Part shown: piece by piece, positions 11,632 through 24,000 of the stretch
Layout: every line of letters begins with the position of its first letter
Numbering within the stretch: position 1 is the first letter of the stretch
Position numbers and translations under genes: made by a program
Source: Squalus acanthias
Lineage: Eukaryota
DNA length: 64,000 bases
NCBI GenBank assembly: GCA_030390025.1
Contig: CM059425.1
Location: forward strand, 169,200,001-169,264,000
Reading direction: 5' to 3'
Notes under the pieces: generated by a model
The model's input: the letters and a program-made list of their open reading frames with translations, nothing else
Database searches by the model: none
Told to the model about the DNA's origin: nothing

Positions 11632-13291
11632 AGGCCTTTGCTGTATCCAGTGTGCTCTTGATATCACGTGGAGTGAATCGAATTGGCTGAAGACTGACTT
11701 CTGTGATGGTGGGGACCTCAGGAGGAGGCCGATATGGATCATCCACTTGGCACTTCTGGCTGAAGATGGATGCAAACGCTTCAGCCTTGTCTTTTGCACT
11801 CATATGCTGGGCTCCACCATCATTGAGGATGGGGATATTCATGGAACCTCCTCCTTCCGTTAGTTGTTTAATTGTCCACCACCATTCACGACTGGATGTG
11901 ACAGGACTGCAGAGCTTTGATCTGATCCGTTGATTGTGGGATCGCTTAGCCCTGTCTATAGCATGCTGCTTCTGCTTTTTAGCATGCATGTAGTCCTGTG
12001 TTGCAGCTTCCCCAGATTGGCACCTCATTTTTAGGTATTCGTTACTTACATTACATACATTAACATACATACATGTTATACAAATCATAATATTTGAATA
12101 TGTTTGTACATAGCAACACATTCATGTACCTATTGCTATAATTCCGCAAATATTACAAATAATTGATTTTTAGGTACGCCTGGTGCTGCTCCTGGCATGC
12201 TTTTCTACACTCCATATTAAACTAGGATTGGTCCCCTGGCTTGATGGTAATGGTAGAGTGAGGGATATGCCAGGCCATGAGATTACAGATTGTGATGGAA
12301 TACAATTCTGCTACTGCTGATGGCCCACAGCGCCTCATGGATGCCCAGTTTTGAGCTGCTATATCTGTTCTGAATCTATCCCATTTAGCATGGTGGTCGT
12401 GCCACACAACACGATGGAGGGTGTCCTCAGTGTGAAGACGGGACTTTGTCTCCACAATGACTGTACGGTGGTCACTGCTACCAATGCTGTCATGGACAGA
12501 TGCATCTGCGACAGGTAGATTGGTGAGGATGAGGTCAAGTAGGATTTTCCCTCGTGTTGCTCCTCACACCACCTGTCGCAGGCCCAGAGTGGCAGTTATC
12601 TCCTTCAGGACTCGGCCAGCTCGGTCAGTAGTGGTGCTACCAAGCCACACTTGGTGATGGACATTGAAGTCCCCCACCCAGAGTACATTCTGTGCCCTTG
12701 CTACCCTCAGTACTTCTTCGAAGTGGTGTTCAACATGGAGGAGTACTGATTCATCAGCTGAGGGAGGGCGGTAGGTGGTAATCAGCAGAAGGTTTCCTTG
12801 CCTATGCTTGACCTGAAGCCATGAGAATCATGGGGTCCGGAGTCAATGTTGAGGACTCCCAGGGCCACTCCTTCCCGACTGTACACCACTCTGCCGCCAC
12901 CCCTGGTGGGTCTGTCCTGCCGATGGGACAGGACATACCCAGGGATGGTGATGGAGGAGTTCGGGACAATGGCTGAAAGGTATGATTCTGTGAGTGTGAC
13001 TATGTCAGGCTGTTGCTTGATTAGTCTGGGACAGCTCTCCCTATTTTGGCACAAGTCCCCAAATGTTGGTGAGGAGGACTTTGCAGGGTCGACCTAGCCG
13101 GTGCCGAGGTCGATGCCGGGTAGTCCGTCCGGTTTTATTCTTATTATTGTTTTTTGTAGCGGTTTGCTACAACTGAGTGGCTTGCTAGGTCGTTTCAGAG
13201 GGCAGTTAAGAGTCAAACACATTGCTGTGGGTCTGGAGTCACATATAGGCCAGACCAGGTAAGGACGGCAGATTTCCTTCCCTAAAGGACA
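11632..13291 (-). mobile_element. 5' half of the second LINE family (APE endonuclease to tether) with a 129-bp internal insert
   Basis: PDIVTLTESYL...IPGYVLSHRQDRPTRGGG (APE) and DRAKRSHNQRIRSKL; collinear with 53070-54575. Confidence 0.9.
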
Positions 13292-13459
13292 ATTGACTTC
13301 TGCCGATTGCCCTGGCTCTGCTGTGACTCACATCCCTTTTCCTGGGTCAGTGCTGATTATCTGCGCAGGGTGAGCTGCTGGCACAATCTCCACCAGAGGG
13401 AGCCTGCTGCTGCCAATAGGCACAATTTAGCCGTGCTGCAGTGGGAGCACTACAATACC

Positions 13460-13860
13460 AGAATCATAGAATAATAGAATAGTACAGCACAGAAGGAGGT
13501 CATTCGGCCCATCGAGACTGTACCGCCTTTTTCGAAGAGCAATCCAGTTAGTCCCACTCCACTGCTCTTTCCCCATATCGCTGCAATTATTTTTTCCTTC
13601 AAGTATTTATCTAATTCCCTTTTGAAAGCTACTATTGAATCTTTATCCACCACCCTATCAGACAGTGCATTCCAAATCCTAATCACTCGTTGCGTAAAAA
13701 TGTTTTTCCTCATGTCGCCTCTGGTTCTTTTGCCAATCGCCTTAAATCTGTGCCCTCTCGTTATCGATCCTTCAGCCATTGGAAATGGTTTCTCTTTATT
13801 TACTCTATCTAAAGCCTTCATGATTTTAAACACCTCTATCAAATCTCCTCTTAGCCTCTT
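13460..13860 (-). mobile_element. CR1 LINE 3' end
   Basis: RLRGDLIEVFKIMK...TRGHRFK...FKRELDKYL followed by an attctat-type tail. Confidence 0.9.
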
Positions 13861-15201
13861 AAAAGGGAGGTGAGCCATGTTTGAAGGGACATAAGAGCCC
13901 CAAAGATTTTTTATAAATTTCAATAAAGGGTCGCCAGGAGCTGATTGGCTTGGAAAAAATGGTAAGGGGTCTTAATGGAAGAAAAAAAGACATTACCAGA
14001 ACACCAGGCCCTCTTCCTCCAAAAGAGGACTCAGCAGGCCTTCAGTCGCTGCTCCAGAGTATACTGCCACCCCTATCCTGACGGTCCCTGTGTTTGGCTT
14101 GGAGCCCAGTCTCCGCCTCTCCCGTCATTGACATGCTGCGGGGCAGTCCAGGCTTCGTCGGCGTACTTCCTTGCGGTGGCAAGAGAGAAATCCAAGTTGG
14201 CAGTGGCAAGGACGCAAATGTGGCGATGTGCCTCCCTGCCCTATTTTATTTTCCTTCATTTTCTTTCACTATACTGCCAGATAATCGAGGCCAAACATCC
14301 ACCCAGGAAATATTTATTATTGATCACTGAACTATCAGTTGCTTATAATTCCATCCATAGCCTTTGTGATGGTCCTGTAAGCAAGATTCTTGTGGTTTGC
14401 CAGTGTCTTGAAGGGCTGTGAGTTGTTTGTCTGGTATCTGAGAGACTGTCTTGTCAACTGTGAAAACCTCACTTAATTGTCCTGTCTTTCACTGCAAGAA
14501 ATGTTTCACAATGGATTAGCTTTGTTTAATTGTCAATGATCAGTCTATACTCTTTTGTATTAACCTGGATCAAGGTATCTCTGAGAATGCAGCACACCCT
14601 CCCTGAAGTGACATTTTAGCCTAGATTATAGGCTAAAGTTCTAGAGCGGGGCTTGAACCCTCAACCTTTTAATTCAGAGACAAAGTTATTGTCAACATTT
14701 CCAACACTTAGAGCTCAATCTTACCTCCCATAATCACGTGACTTAGTGGTGGAAAATTAACTGCCATAATAAAGGACAGCTACAAGACTTTACAAAAGTC
14801 CAGTTCTGGAACTTAGCTCTGATTAGAATTGTGAAATATCAGGAGCTCAGCAATAAGAAGATATTCAAGACTTACTTCTACAGACTGATGGGGTGATAGC
14901 ATTCCACTAAGAGACACTTGCATACCATCAATGATCCTGTTGTGTTCTTTACATGCTATTTTCCAAGTTATAATTTAATATTAGCCCAAAGACTCCATCT
15001 AGTGGTTATATGAGTATAATTTCACTCTGTAGTTTTATAAAGTCAACGTTCAGTTCCGTATGAAACAACAATACTTCAATTATTTGTAATATTTGCAGAA
15101 TTATAGCAATAGGTACATGAATGTGTTGCTATGTACAAACATTTTCAAATATGATTTGTATAACATATATGTATGTTAATGTATGTAATGCAAGTAAAGA
15201 A

Positions 15202-17168
15202 TACCTAAAAATGCGGTGCCAACCTGGGGAAGCTGCAACACAGGACTGCATGCCTGCTAAAAAGCGGAAGCAGCATGCTATAGACAGAGCTAAGCAACCC
15301 CACAATCAACGGATCAGATCAAAGCTCTGCAGTCCTGCCACATCCAGTCGTGAATGGTGGTGGACCATTAAACAACTAACGGGAGGGGGAAGCGCCATGA
15401 ATATCCCCATCCTCAATGATGGTGGAGCCCAGAACATGAGTGCAAAAGCCAAGGCTGAAGTGTTTGCAACCATCTTCAGTCAGAAGTGCCGAGTGGATGA
15501 TCCATATCGGCCTACTCCTGAGGTCCCCACCATCACAGAAGCCAGTCTTCAGCCAATTCGATTCACTCCACGTGATATCAAGAAACAGCTGAGCGCACTG
15601 GATACAGCAAAGGCTATGGGCCCCGACAACATCCCGGCTGTCGTGCTGAAGACTTGTGCTCCATAACTAGTCGCGCCTCAAGCAAAGCTGTTCCAGTACA
15701 GCTATAACACTGGCATCTATCCGACAACGTGGAAAACTGCCCAGGCATATCCTGTCCACAAAAAAAAAAGCAGGACAAATCCAATCGGGCCAATTACCGC
15801 CCCATCAGTCTACTCTCAATCATCAGCAAAGTGATGATAGGTGTCATCGACAGTGCTATCAAGCGGCACTTACTCACCAATAACCTGCTCACTGATGCTC
15901 AGTTTGGGTTCCGCCAGGACCACTCGTCTCCAGACCACATTACAGCCTTGGTCCAAACATGGACAAAAGAGCTGAATTCCAGAGGTGAGGTGAGAGTGAC
16001 TGCCCTCGACATCAAGGCAGCATTTGACCGAGTGTGGCATCAAGGAGCCCTAGTAAAACTGAAGTCAATGGGAATCGGGGGAAAAACTCTCCACTGGCTG
16101 AAGTCATACCTAGCACAAAGGAAGATGGCTGTGGTGGTTGGAGGTCAATCATCACAGCCCCAGGACATCGCTGCAGGAGTTCCTCAGGGCAGTGTCCTAG
16201 GCCCAACCATCTTCAGCTGCTTCATCAATGACCTTCCCTCCATCATAAGGTCAGAAGTGGGGATATTCGCTGATGACTGCACAGTGTTCAGTTCCATTCG
16301 CAACTCCTCAGATAATGAAGCAGTCCATGCCGCATGCAGCAAAACCTGGATGACATTCAGGCTCGGGCTGATAAGTGGCAGGTAACATTCGTGCCACACA
16401 AGTGCCAGGCAATGACTACCCAACAAACGAGCGTCTAACCACCGCCCCTTGACATTCAACGGCATTACTATCACCAAATCCCCCAATGTCAACATCCGGG
16501 GGGGTCACCATTGACCAGAAACTTAACTGGACCAGCCACATAAATACTGTGGCAACAAGAGCAAGTCAGAGGCTGGGTATTCTGCGGCGAGTGTCTCACC
16601 TCCTGATTCCACAAAGCCTTTCCACCATCTTCAAGGCACAAGTAAGGAGTGTGATGGAATACTCTCCACTTGCCTGGATGAGTGCAGCTCCAACAACACT
16701 AAAGAAGCTCGACACCATCCAGGACAAAGCAGCCCGCTTGATTGGCACCCCATCCACCACCTTAAACATTCACTCCCTCCACCACTGGTGTACCGTGGCT
16801 GCAGTGTGTACCACCTACAAGATGCACTGCAGCAACTCGCCAAGGCTTCTTCGGCAGCACCTCCCAAACCCGCGACCTCTTCCACCTAGAAGGACAAGGG
16901 CAGCAGGCGCATGGAAACACCACCCTCCAAGTTCCCCTCCAAGTCACACACCATCCTGACTTAGAAGTATATCGCCGATCCTTCATCGTCGCTGGGTCAA
17001 AATCCTGGAACTCCCTCCCTAACAGCACTGTGGGAGTACCTTCACCACACGGACTGCAGTGGTTCAAGAAGGCAGCTCACCACCACCTTCTCGAGGGCAA
17101 TTAGGGATTGGCAATAAATGCTGGCCTTGCCAGCGACACCCACATCCCATAAATGAATTTAAAAAAAG
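15202..17168 (+). mobile_element. 3' half of the second LINE family (RT to poly-A)
   Basis: [62 protein letters not shown]-rich end. Confidence 0.93.
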
Positions 17169-17394
17169 AAACAGGAAACATGAGCAGCCTCTTTATGCCC
17201 TTATTAAATGCCACATTTATCTAATGAAGCTGTCATACAGCCTTTGTGACAGAAAAACTGTGGCAGACAGCAAGGTCAGATATTCTGGACTTTGTGTAAA
17301 ATAAGCTGGTAAATTCCATTAACTTTTTATTTTCTGGCCCCTGCTTGCTCATGTTATGTTGGGAAAAGTACTTTCATTGGCAGGAGCCTCCATG

Positions 17395-17745
17395 TTATAG
17401 TTTGACTCAGTTGGTAGCACTCCTGACTTTGAGGGAGAAAGTTGTGGGTTCAAGCCCCACTCCATGACTTGAGCATATAATTTAGGCTAACCTCAGTGCA
17501 GTAATGAGAGTGCACTGCATTGTTCAAGGTGCTATCTTTTGAAGGAGATTGAATGAAATATTAACCCGAGGCCCTAACCACCTCTTCAGGTGGATGTAAA
17601 AGATCCCATCGCAGTATTTGAAGAAAATCAGGGCACTTTCCTGATGTCCTGGTAAATATTCCTCCCTCAACCAAAACAGATTAACTGGTCAATTATCTAA
17701 TTTTCTGTTTGTGGGACCTTGGTGTAAGTTAATTGCTGCTGCGTT
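17395..17745 (+). mobile_element. Deu-domain tRNA-SINE, diverged
   Basis: Head gactcagttggtagcac...gggttcaagccccactcc and body caggtggatgtaaaagatccc. Confidence 0.7.
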
Positions 17746-17981
17746 TGTATTTTTGCCTACTTGACAAATAACAATGCAAAAGTGCTGTATGAACGAAAGT
17801 TATTCTTTATTTGTGCCTTGTAACGTACTATTCATTCACATTATAATTTACCAGCAATCCAATGAAACTGTATGAGAAATGAAACCAATTTACTGATAGT
17901 TCGAATATTTAAAGGTATAGGGCTGTAACACAAAAATGTTTTCTGAAGAGATAATTATTGACTTTATATTTAATCCTTCAG

Positions 17982-18087
17982 AGCCTGTGAGAGATTTAAA
18001 GAACTGGTTCCAGAACATATTACAGATTTTACCAGAGGTAATGTGCGATCTCCTATGCAACAAATGGTACAAATCAATGAGTTAAAG
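17982..18087 (+). CDS. CIB1-like exon (equivalent to CIB1 exon 3)
   Basis: ccttcag|A GCC TGT GAG AGA TTT ... GAG TTA AAG|gtaagg; 106 nt, phase 2 to phase 0. Confidence 0.85.
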
Positions 18088-21000
18088 GTAAGGATCAAAC
18101 TGATCAAGTGCTGATTTGATTAAAATGGATTATTTTGTGAATTTCTTTTGGATGTTCTTTATTGACACATTTAGTTAAATGCCTGAAACAGCTTGTCAAA
18201 TAAAGCATTGCCTCCATTGGTCCCAGCCTTATGAATACCATAAATGCAACAACATTTCTCCCCAGTGATTTGGCAGTGCCAGCAGGGAGCTTTGCCCACT
18301 ATTAGTACAATTTGTAAATTTGGGCCAGGCTAGGCATGGTTTTCTGAAATACACTCTTGATGGGCGAGGCTGGCCACACGGCGCGTGAAGTTACCTTTAT
18401 GATCATCTGAGCTTTTATTAACCTTTACAGTGTGTAGTGTCGCTCTGTTCCTTGTATCTTCCCTCAGTGCTTCTGCTTAGTGAAAGTGTATGGTGTGTGT
18501 CTTCTACTTCTTAACCATGTGCTCCTTCAGATGCACGGTGTGACCTTCTCCATAGATGCCCCGATTGCACAGTTTGCTTGGCATAAAAGAAAGACTTGCA
18601 TTTACATAGCACCTTTCATGACCTCAGGACATCCCAAAGCCTGTTGTAATGAAGGGAAACATGGCAGTCAATTTGTGCACAGCAAGGTCTCACAAATAGC
18701 AATGTGATAATGATCAGATAATCTGTTTTAGTGCTGTTGGTTGAGGGATAAATATTTGTCAGGACACCGGGGAGAACTCCCCTGCTCTTGGCATACTCTG
18801 AAATGTCTGCATAAACTGCCAATATTGACACCAAGCTGTGTGAGGTCTGAAACTCTGCGCTCAGCAGTGGCGGGAGCACTCGAGCAGAGTACTCTGACCA
18901 GTAAGTTGCTTCTTCTGCAATTCCACCTGCACCTGGTCCTCCTCACGTGTCCTCTCTGCTTTACCAAGTGGTCTGTCCTGCAACTCACTAACTGACCCCA
19001 TGAAGTGGATGGAGCTGTGATTGCGGTTGTCAACATTTTATAATCTGTTCTTCTTCTGCCCCTGTAGGTTCCCTGGAGGCACCTTTTTCTCTTGGGAACA
19101 CACAAAGGCAGAAGAACAGATTTTAGAATGCTGGCAGTGAAACATGCCTTGAAAAATAGTTTACATAAGACATTCCAGTGTGTTATGCTGAAGTGCTGTG
19201 GTCAATGCCTGTGTCTGAGGGTGTCAAGAGTGATTGAGTGAGTAAAAAGAAAAAGAATTAACACAAAAGATGATACCAGCCACGAGCTTGAAAAAATGTT
19301 TCCTAAATATCTTACTTTCTTTGATATGTGAGACAGTGTCGAATGTCTTTCTGAATTCCAGGTAAATAACATCCATTGCATCGCCCTAGCCACCAGATCT
19401 GTAACCTCCTCAAAGAACTCCAGTAAACCCTACTGGCTGGCTCTAATCAGTCCCTATCCTTCCAGATGATCCTTTATGCTATTCCTGAATCGACATAAGG
19501 CTCACAAGGTCTGTAATTTGAGGGTTCATCCCTTGCCCCCTTTTTAAAAATAGTGGTCACTTCGCTACTTTCTAATTCATTGGAATGTTACCTGATTTCA
19601 TTGTACTTTGCAGAATATCAGCAAGGGGATTTGCAATCTTTTCAGCCAACTCCATTCGCATACTTGCATTGAAATTGTCACAGCCATGCTTTTTGTTTAC
19701 GTTAAGCTTTCTTTGTGATGCTAAGGATTTCCAGCCTGCTCTTTCCTTAATACTGTTCCCTCAGTTTAAGCATCCCTCCCCTTTTTCAATGCTAAAAATA
19801 ATTTGATAATTCTACCACTTCTCTGTCCTCAAACACTGCTTCCCCACTGTCACTAGTAAATGGTCCAATGTCCCTCTGTACCCTTTTCTTATTCCTGAAT
19901 ATACTTAAAAATGTTTTCTTATTGTCCTTAATATTTTCTGCTTTATTCCATTCATGCTTCCTCTGAGCCTCTTATTGGTTTCTTGGCATTCTCTGCTTGA
20001 TTCTACAGTTCTCCTATTTCTGGTTTGTATCTAAGATATTTTGCAATATTTTTACATATATAAAGCATTTCTAATTTCAGGCAAATCCATTTAAGAAAAG
20101 GATCTGTTGGATATTCTCTACATCCAAATTGAATAATGGCAGCATTTCTTTTGAAGATTTCCTTGATATGTTTTCTGCTTTTAGTGAGGCTGCCCCCATC
20201 AGTGTGAAAGCTGAATATGCATTCAGAATCTTGGGTAAGAATGGGTCTAAGCTATCTACTGACAACAGCCTTTGTGGTTCACAAAGGTAATTAAATGCAA
20301 AAAATCTTAAAAATTAACTAGTTGATCTCCTGTGACGTTGCTAGTGGACAAAAGTTAAAAAAGGCATCTCTTTCTTTCTATAAATTGCTTTCTGCATATC
20401 TCCAACGTGGCCATTCTTTTTATTTTCTCTTTGACATTCTGATTGTCTTCAACTCTGTCTCTCTCTCTCTCTCTATGTATATATATATATATATATATTA
20501 CAGTCCCCACCAAGCGATGGCCGGTATAGTGGTAGCGTTAATGACATTAAAAATTAAACCAAGAAGGGCTGCTGATCTCATTGATGACCCAGTGATCCCG
20601 ATGGCAGCTGGGTGAGATAGTTTGTCTGCAAAACAATAAATGTTTTTAAGATACCTGCGAATGGCCCGGATTTTGCTGCACTAATAACGGCGAGGCTATC
20701 AGTGCTCACTGTTATTACAGGGTAAAACTGACATCAACTTCTGGCGTCCGCACATGCGCAGCTAAACGCGGAAATCTGGAAGTTGCTGTCTGTGATACCC
20801 TGCTCCTCCACAGGGTGTGTTGTTGCTGTCTTCAGAAGATGGAATCTGCCCAGAGATCACTGTAATGTCGTGAACTTAGGCTAATTACCCACTAGTCTCG
20901 TACTAAAGACAGATGAAAATGTTATGGCTAGTGCAATCACGAGTAACTACATTTTTAACGCCATAATAAATGATAATTACTGCAGAACAACCTCTCTGGC

Positions 21001-24000
21001 CCTGAAAAATTAATTTTGTAAGTGTCAAATCTCATTCCCTTTGAAGAAAATTAATGTTGCAGATTTAAAAAAATTTTTTTTAAAGTTTTTCTGTTTTTCT
21101 CTTCTATGTCTCTCCCTTAGTCCCATGTGTATGTACCAATCTTTATTTTGCTTCCTGTACAATGATTTAAATGTAACTTATATTTCCTGTTTTTTACTTC
21201 CTGCTTTGCAGTCCACGTGTCTCAGTGACAATTCTTCAATCTGATTGTTTGAAGCATCTCCCTGCTGCTTTAACTGCTCACAGATGCCACAGATCCCCTG
21301 TAGAGAGCACTGCACTGGATCAGATGCCTGATTATTCTGCTGACAAGCCCGCGAAAAGTCTCTGGGCAACTGTACGCGAGGTGAATGACGTTCCTTCGCT
21401 ACTCACAGCAAAATCTGGGCCAATATACAAGAAAACATTGCCCTTTATACACTCACCTTAAATGGCAAATTTGCTGAAGTATCTGGCTTAATGGGTTAAT
21501 TTCTACTGATGTTCATTTGACTTCCTCACAGAACTCAATAACTTCTCGAAGCCAGTTCCTTCAGTTATGCTACAGCCCTTGGTCTTGCATCAGTGTGTGG
21601 AGTGCAATATGCATTTAGCAGACCATCCTTTGACACATGCATGGAACTCTACTCCCCAGATTATACTTTTTTCATGTCCGTTTTATTACAGCATTAAAAA
21701 AAAGTTTCTAGATGATCTACTGGATCTTAAAATGCAGCTTTGGGCTACAGTTTTACTGCACCAAATAGACACCAGAGTCTCCTGGCTTTAATGTGCTTGG
21801 GAGCCATACTGTTTCTCAAGTTACTATATACATTTAAGTAATCAGATGAACTATTGAGTAAACACAGCTGTTTACTCACTAGGAACGACAGGTAGAGGAG
21901 GCGGTTTGCAGTCGGCTGGGAGCTGCAGGAGCGCTATTTAAAGGCGTGCATGTCCTGGTTTTTTTTGTCGGCAAACAATGCTGCCTTGTCACTTTGAGAG
22001 AAGCAGACAGGCATTTTGACCCATTTTAGGTTTTCCTACTTGAAGGAGTTTTGCTCCTGACAAAAATTTATCAGGTTCGTTTGTCTTACTTTTGATAGTG
22101 CAACATTTCCATCATTTAATGTGGGCTGTACTGACACGGGACCTCGCCCTCCAACTTCACCATCAGAGGCAGCGGAGGCAGAGAGAAAGATTGGAAAATG
22201 TGGCCAGAGGGAGGAGGGCCAACGGGGCTCTCAACAGGAGGCCTTACCCTCTCAGGGTATTCCGGGAGCAGTTCTCCTACATTCATCTGTCAGAGGAGCA
22301 GTGCCTTAGAAGGCTCCGCTTCAGCAAGGAGGTGGTCACAGAGCTTTGCCACCCCCTGCAGCCAGAGCTCCAGCCTCAGCTCAGGACCAGGATGCGTCTC
22401 AGTGGCAGTGAAGGTCACAGTCACTCTCAATTTCTACGCCAGCGGCTCCTTCCAAGCTTCAACAGGGGATATTGCAAACATTTCACAGTTCAGCGTCCAT
22501 TGCTGCATCTGGGAGGTGACAGATGCTCTGTACAGAAGAAGGGCTAACATCTCATTCCCCATCACCACAGAGAAACAGCATGAACACTCATGTGGCTTTG
22601 CAAGGATAGCGGGCTTCCCCATGGTTCAGGGCGCCATTGACTGCACCCACATGGCATTGTGTTGCCTCGGCCTGTGCTGCAATAGCTGCTGCCACCTCAC
22701 CCATGACACGTGGCATGAGGTCTGGGTCCCCATGGTCTCTCTCCGAGTCAACCATCGTCTGCAAAGTGCCGAGGATGGGCTCGATGGTTTGTGCAGAGAT
22801 GTGAGCAATGTTGGAGGCGGACTCCTCCGCGCTCCTAGCCAGTGCATCCATGCTCTCAGGCACCCTTGCCATTGCACCCATGAGCTCAGTATGCATGCTC
22901 ATCGCCTCGACATAGAGGTCCTCATCTGAGTCCTATGCAGCAGAACTCGTGCGCGTACTCACCCTCTGGGGAGATGGCCCCCGAGCTTCCCTTCCCCCAT
23001 GGCATTGCTGCAGCCCGCTGAGTCCCGGAGCTTCACCCACATCAGACCCATTTCCTAGGCTCCCCTCCAGCGATCACGTGGCCCCATTATCGGATGTCTC
23101 GCCCTTAAGAGACACAGGCAGTGAGGCTCCGGCTTGGTGTTCCTCCTCCTCTCCTGCGTCGCTGCCACTGGGAGGCTGAGGGACAGGCTGGTCAGATGAT
23201 GGCTGATTATCTGAAAGCATTAAGGCACAAGAGTGGGTTTAACGTCAGGGGAGGGGGGCAGGAAGGGAGCAAGGAATGGAGACAGTATACTTGGATGGAA
23301 AGTGGGAAGGGCTTGTGTTGTGAGGGGGGGCGTGGTATGAGAGAAGAGGGAGAGGTGATGAATATACCATTGTTGTCCCCAAGGGGGTCGACCTCTCTGA
23401 CTGCCACAGCGCCCACGACCTGGGCCGCGATGATGCTGTGCACTCAATCCTCCAGGTCTGTAAGGGGGTGCAGCTCCGCCTGACCTCCTCCCGTGCGTTG
23501 CTGCTCCCTTCTGTTATGAGCAAGCTTGGCCTGCAAGAAAAAGGACAGCGTGTGAGTGTGCAGCCATGTGTTTGGCAGATGTGCCTACCATAGTTGAATA
23601 GCTGTTAATGTATGCAAGGTGTGAGATGTGGATGTCACTTTTAGCAGGTGGGCATAGTTGGTGGGTGAGTGTTGGGGATTTGGTGGTTTATACTGTCTGT
23701 GCACAGAGTGAGGTTGAGATGGTGGGATGTGGAGGTTTTTGAAGCATGTACTCACCCTGACCACCCGAGTGAGGTCGCTGAACTTCTTTCGGCACTGGGT
23801 GCGAGTCCTTTGGACCATGCTCTGGCCGAGACATACTGGGCCACCTCCCTCCACATCCTTCTGAACTCCTGCGGCAATGGCCTCCTGCCAGTGTCCGGGA
23901 ACAGCACCGTCAGCATTCCACAGCCGCAACCAGAGCCTGCAATGCCTGGTCACTGAACTGGCGAGCTCTCTCCCTGGGCCTCTGATCAGCCAGGAGATTT

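Noticed and set aside
11627..12121. Shared N-terminus MCCYVQT... in two ORFs as a novel protein domain
   Set aside because: It is the translation of the duplicated AT-rich segment fused to LINE ORF2 and is explained by the inverted duplication.
18830..19110. Possible RTE-type LINE 3' remnant or 125-aa ORF on -
   Set aside because: Similarity is too weak to call by eye; it needs a RepeatMasker search.
22198..22929. HARBI1 host gene
   Set aside because: It is frameshifted near 22400 and truncated just after the first catalytic Asp (IDCTH), running into the antisense Myb-like gene; a transposon remnant.
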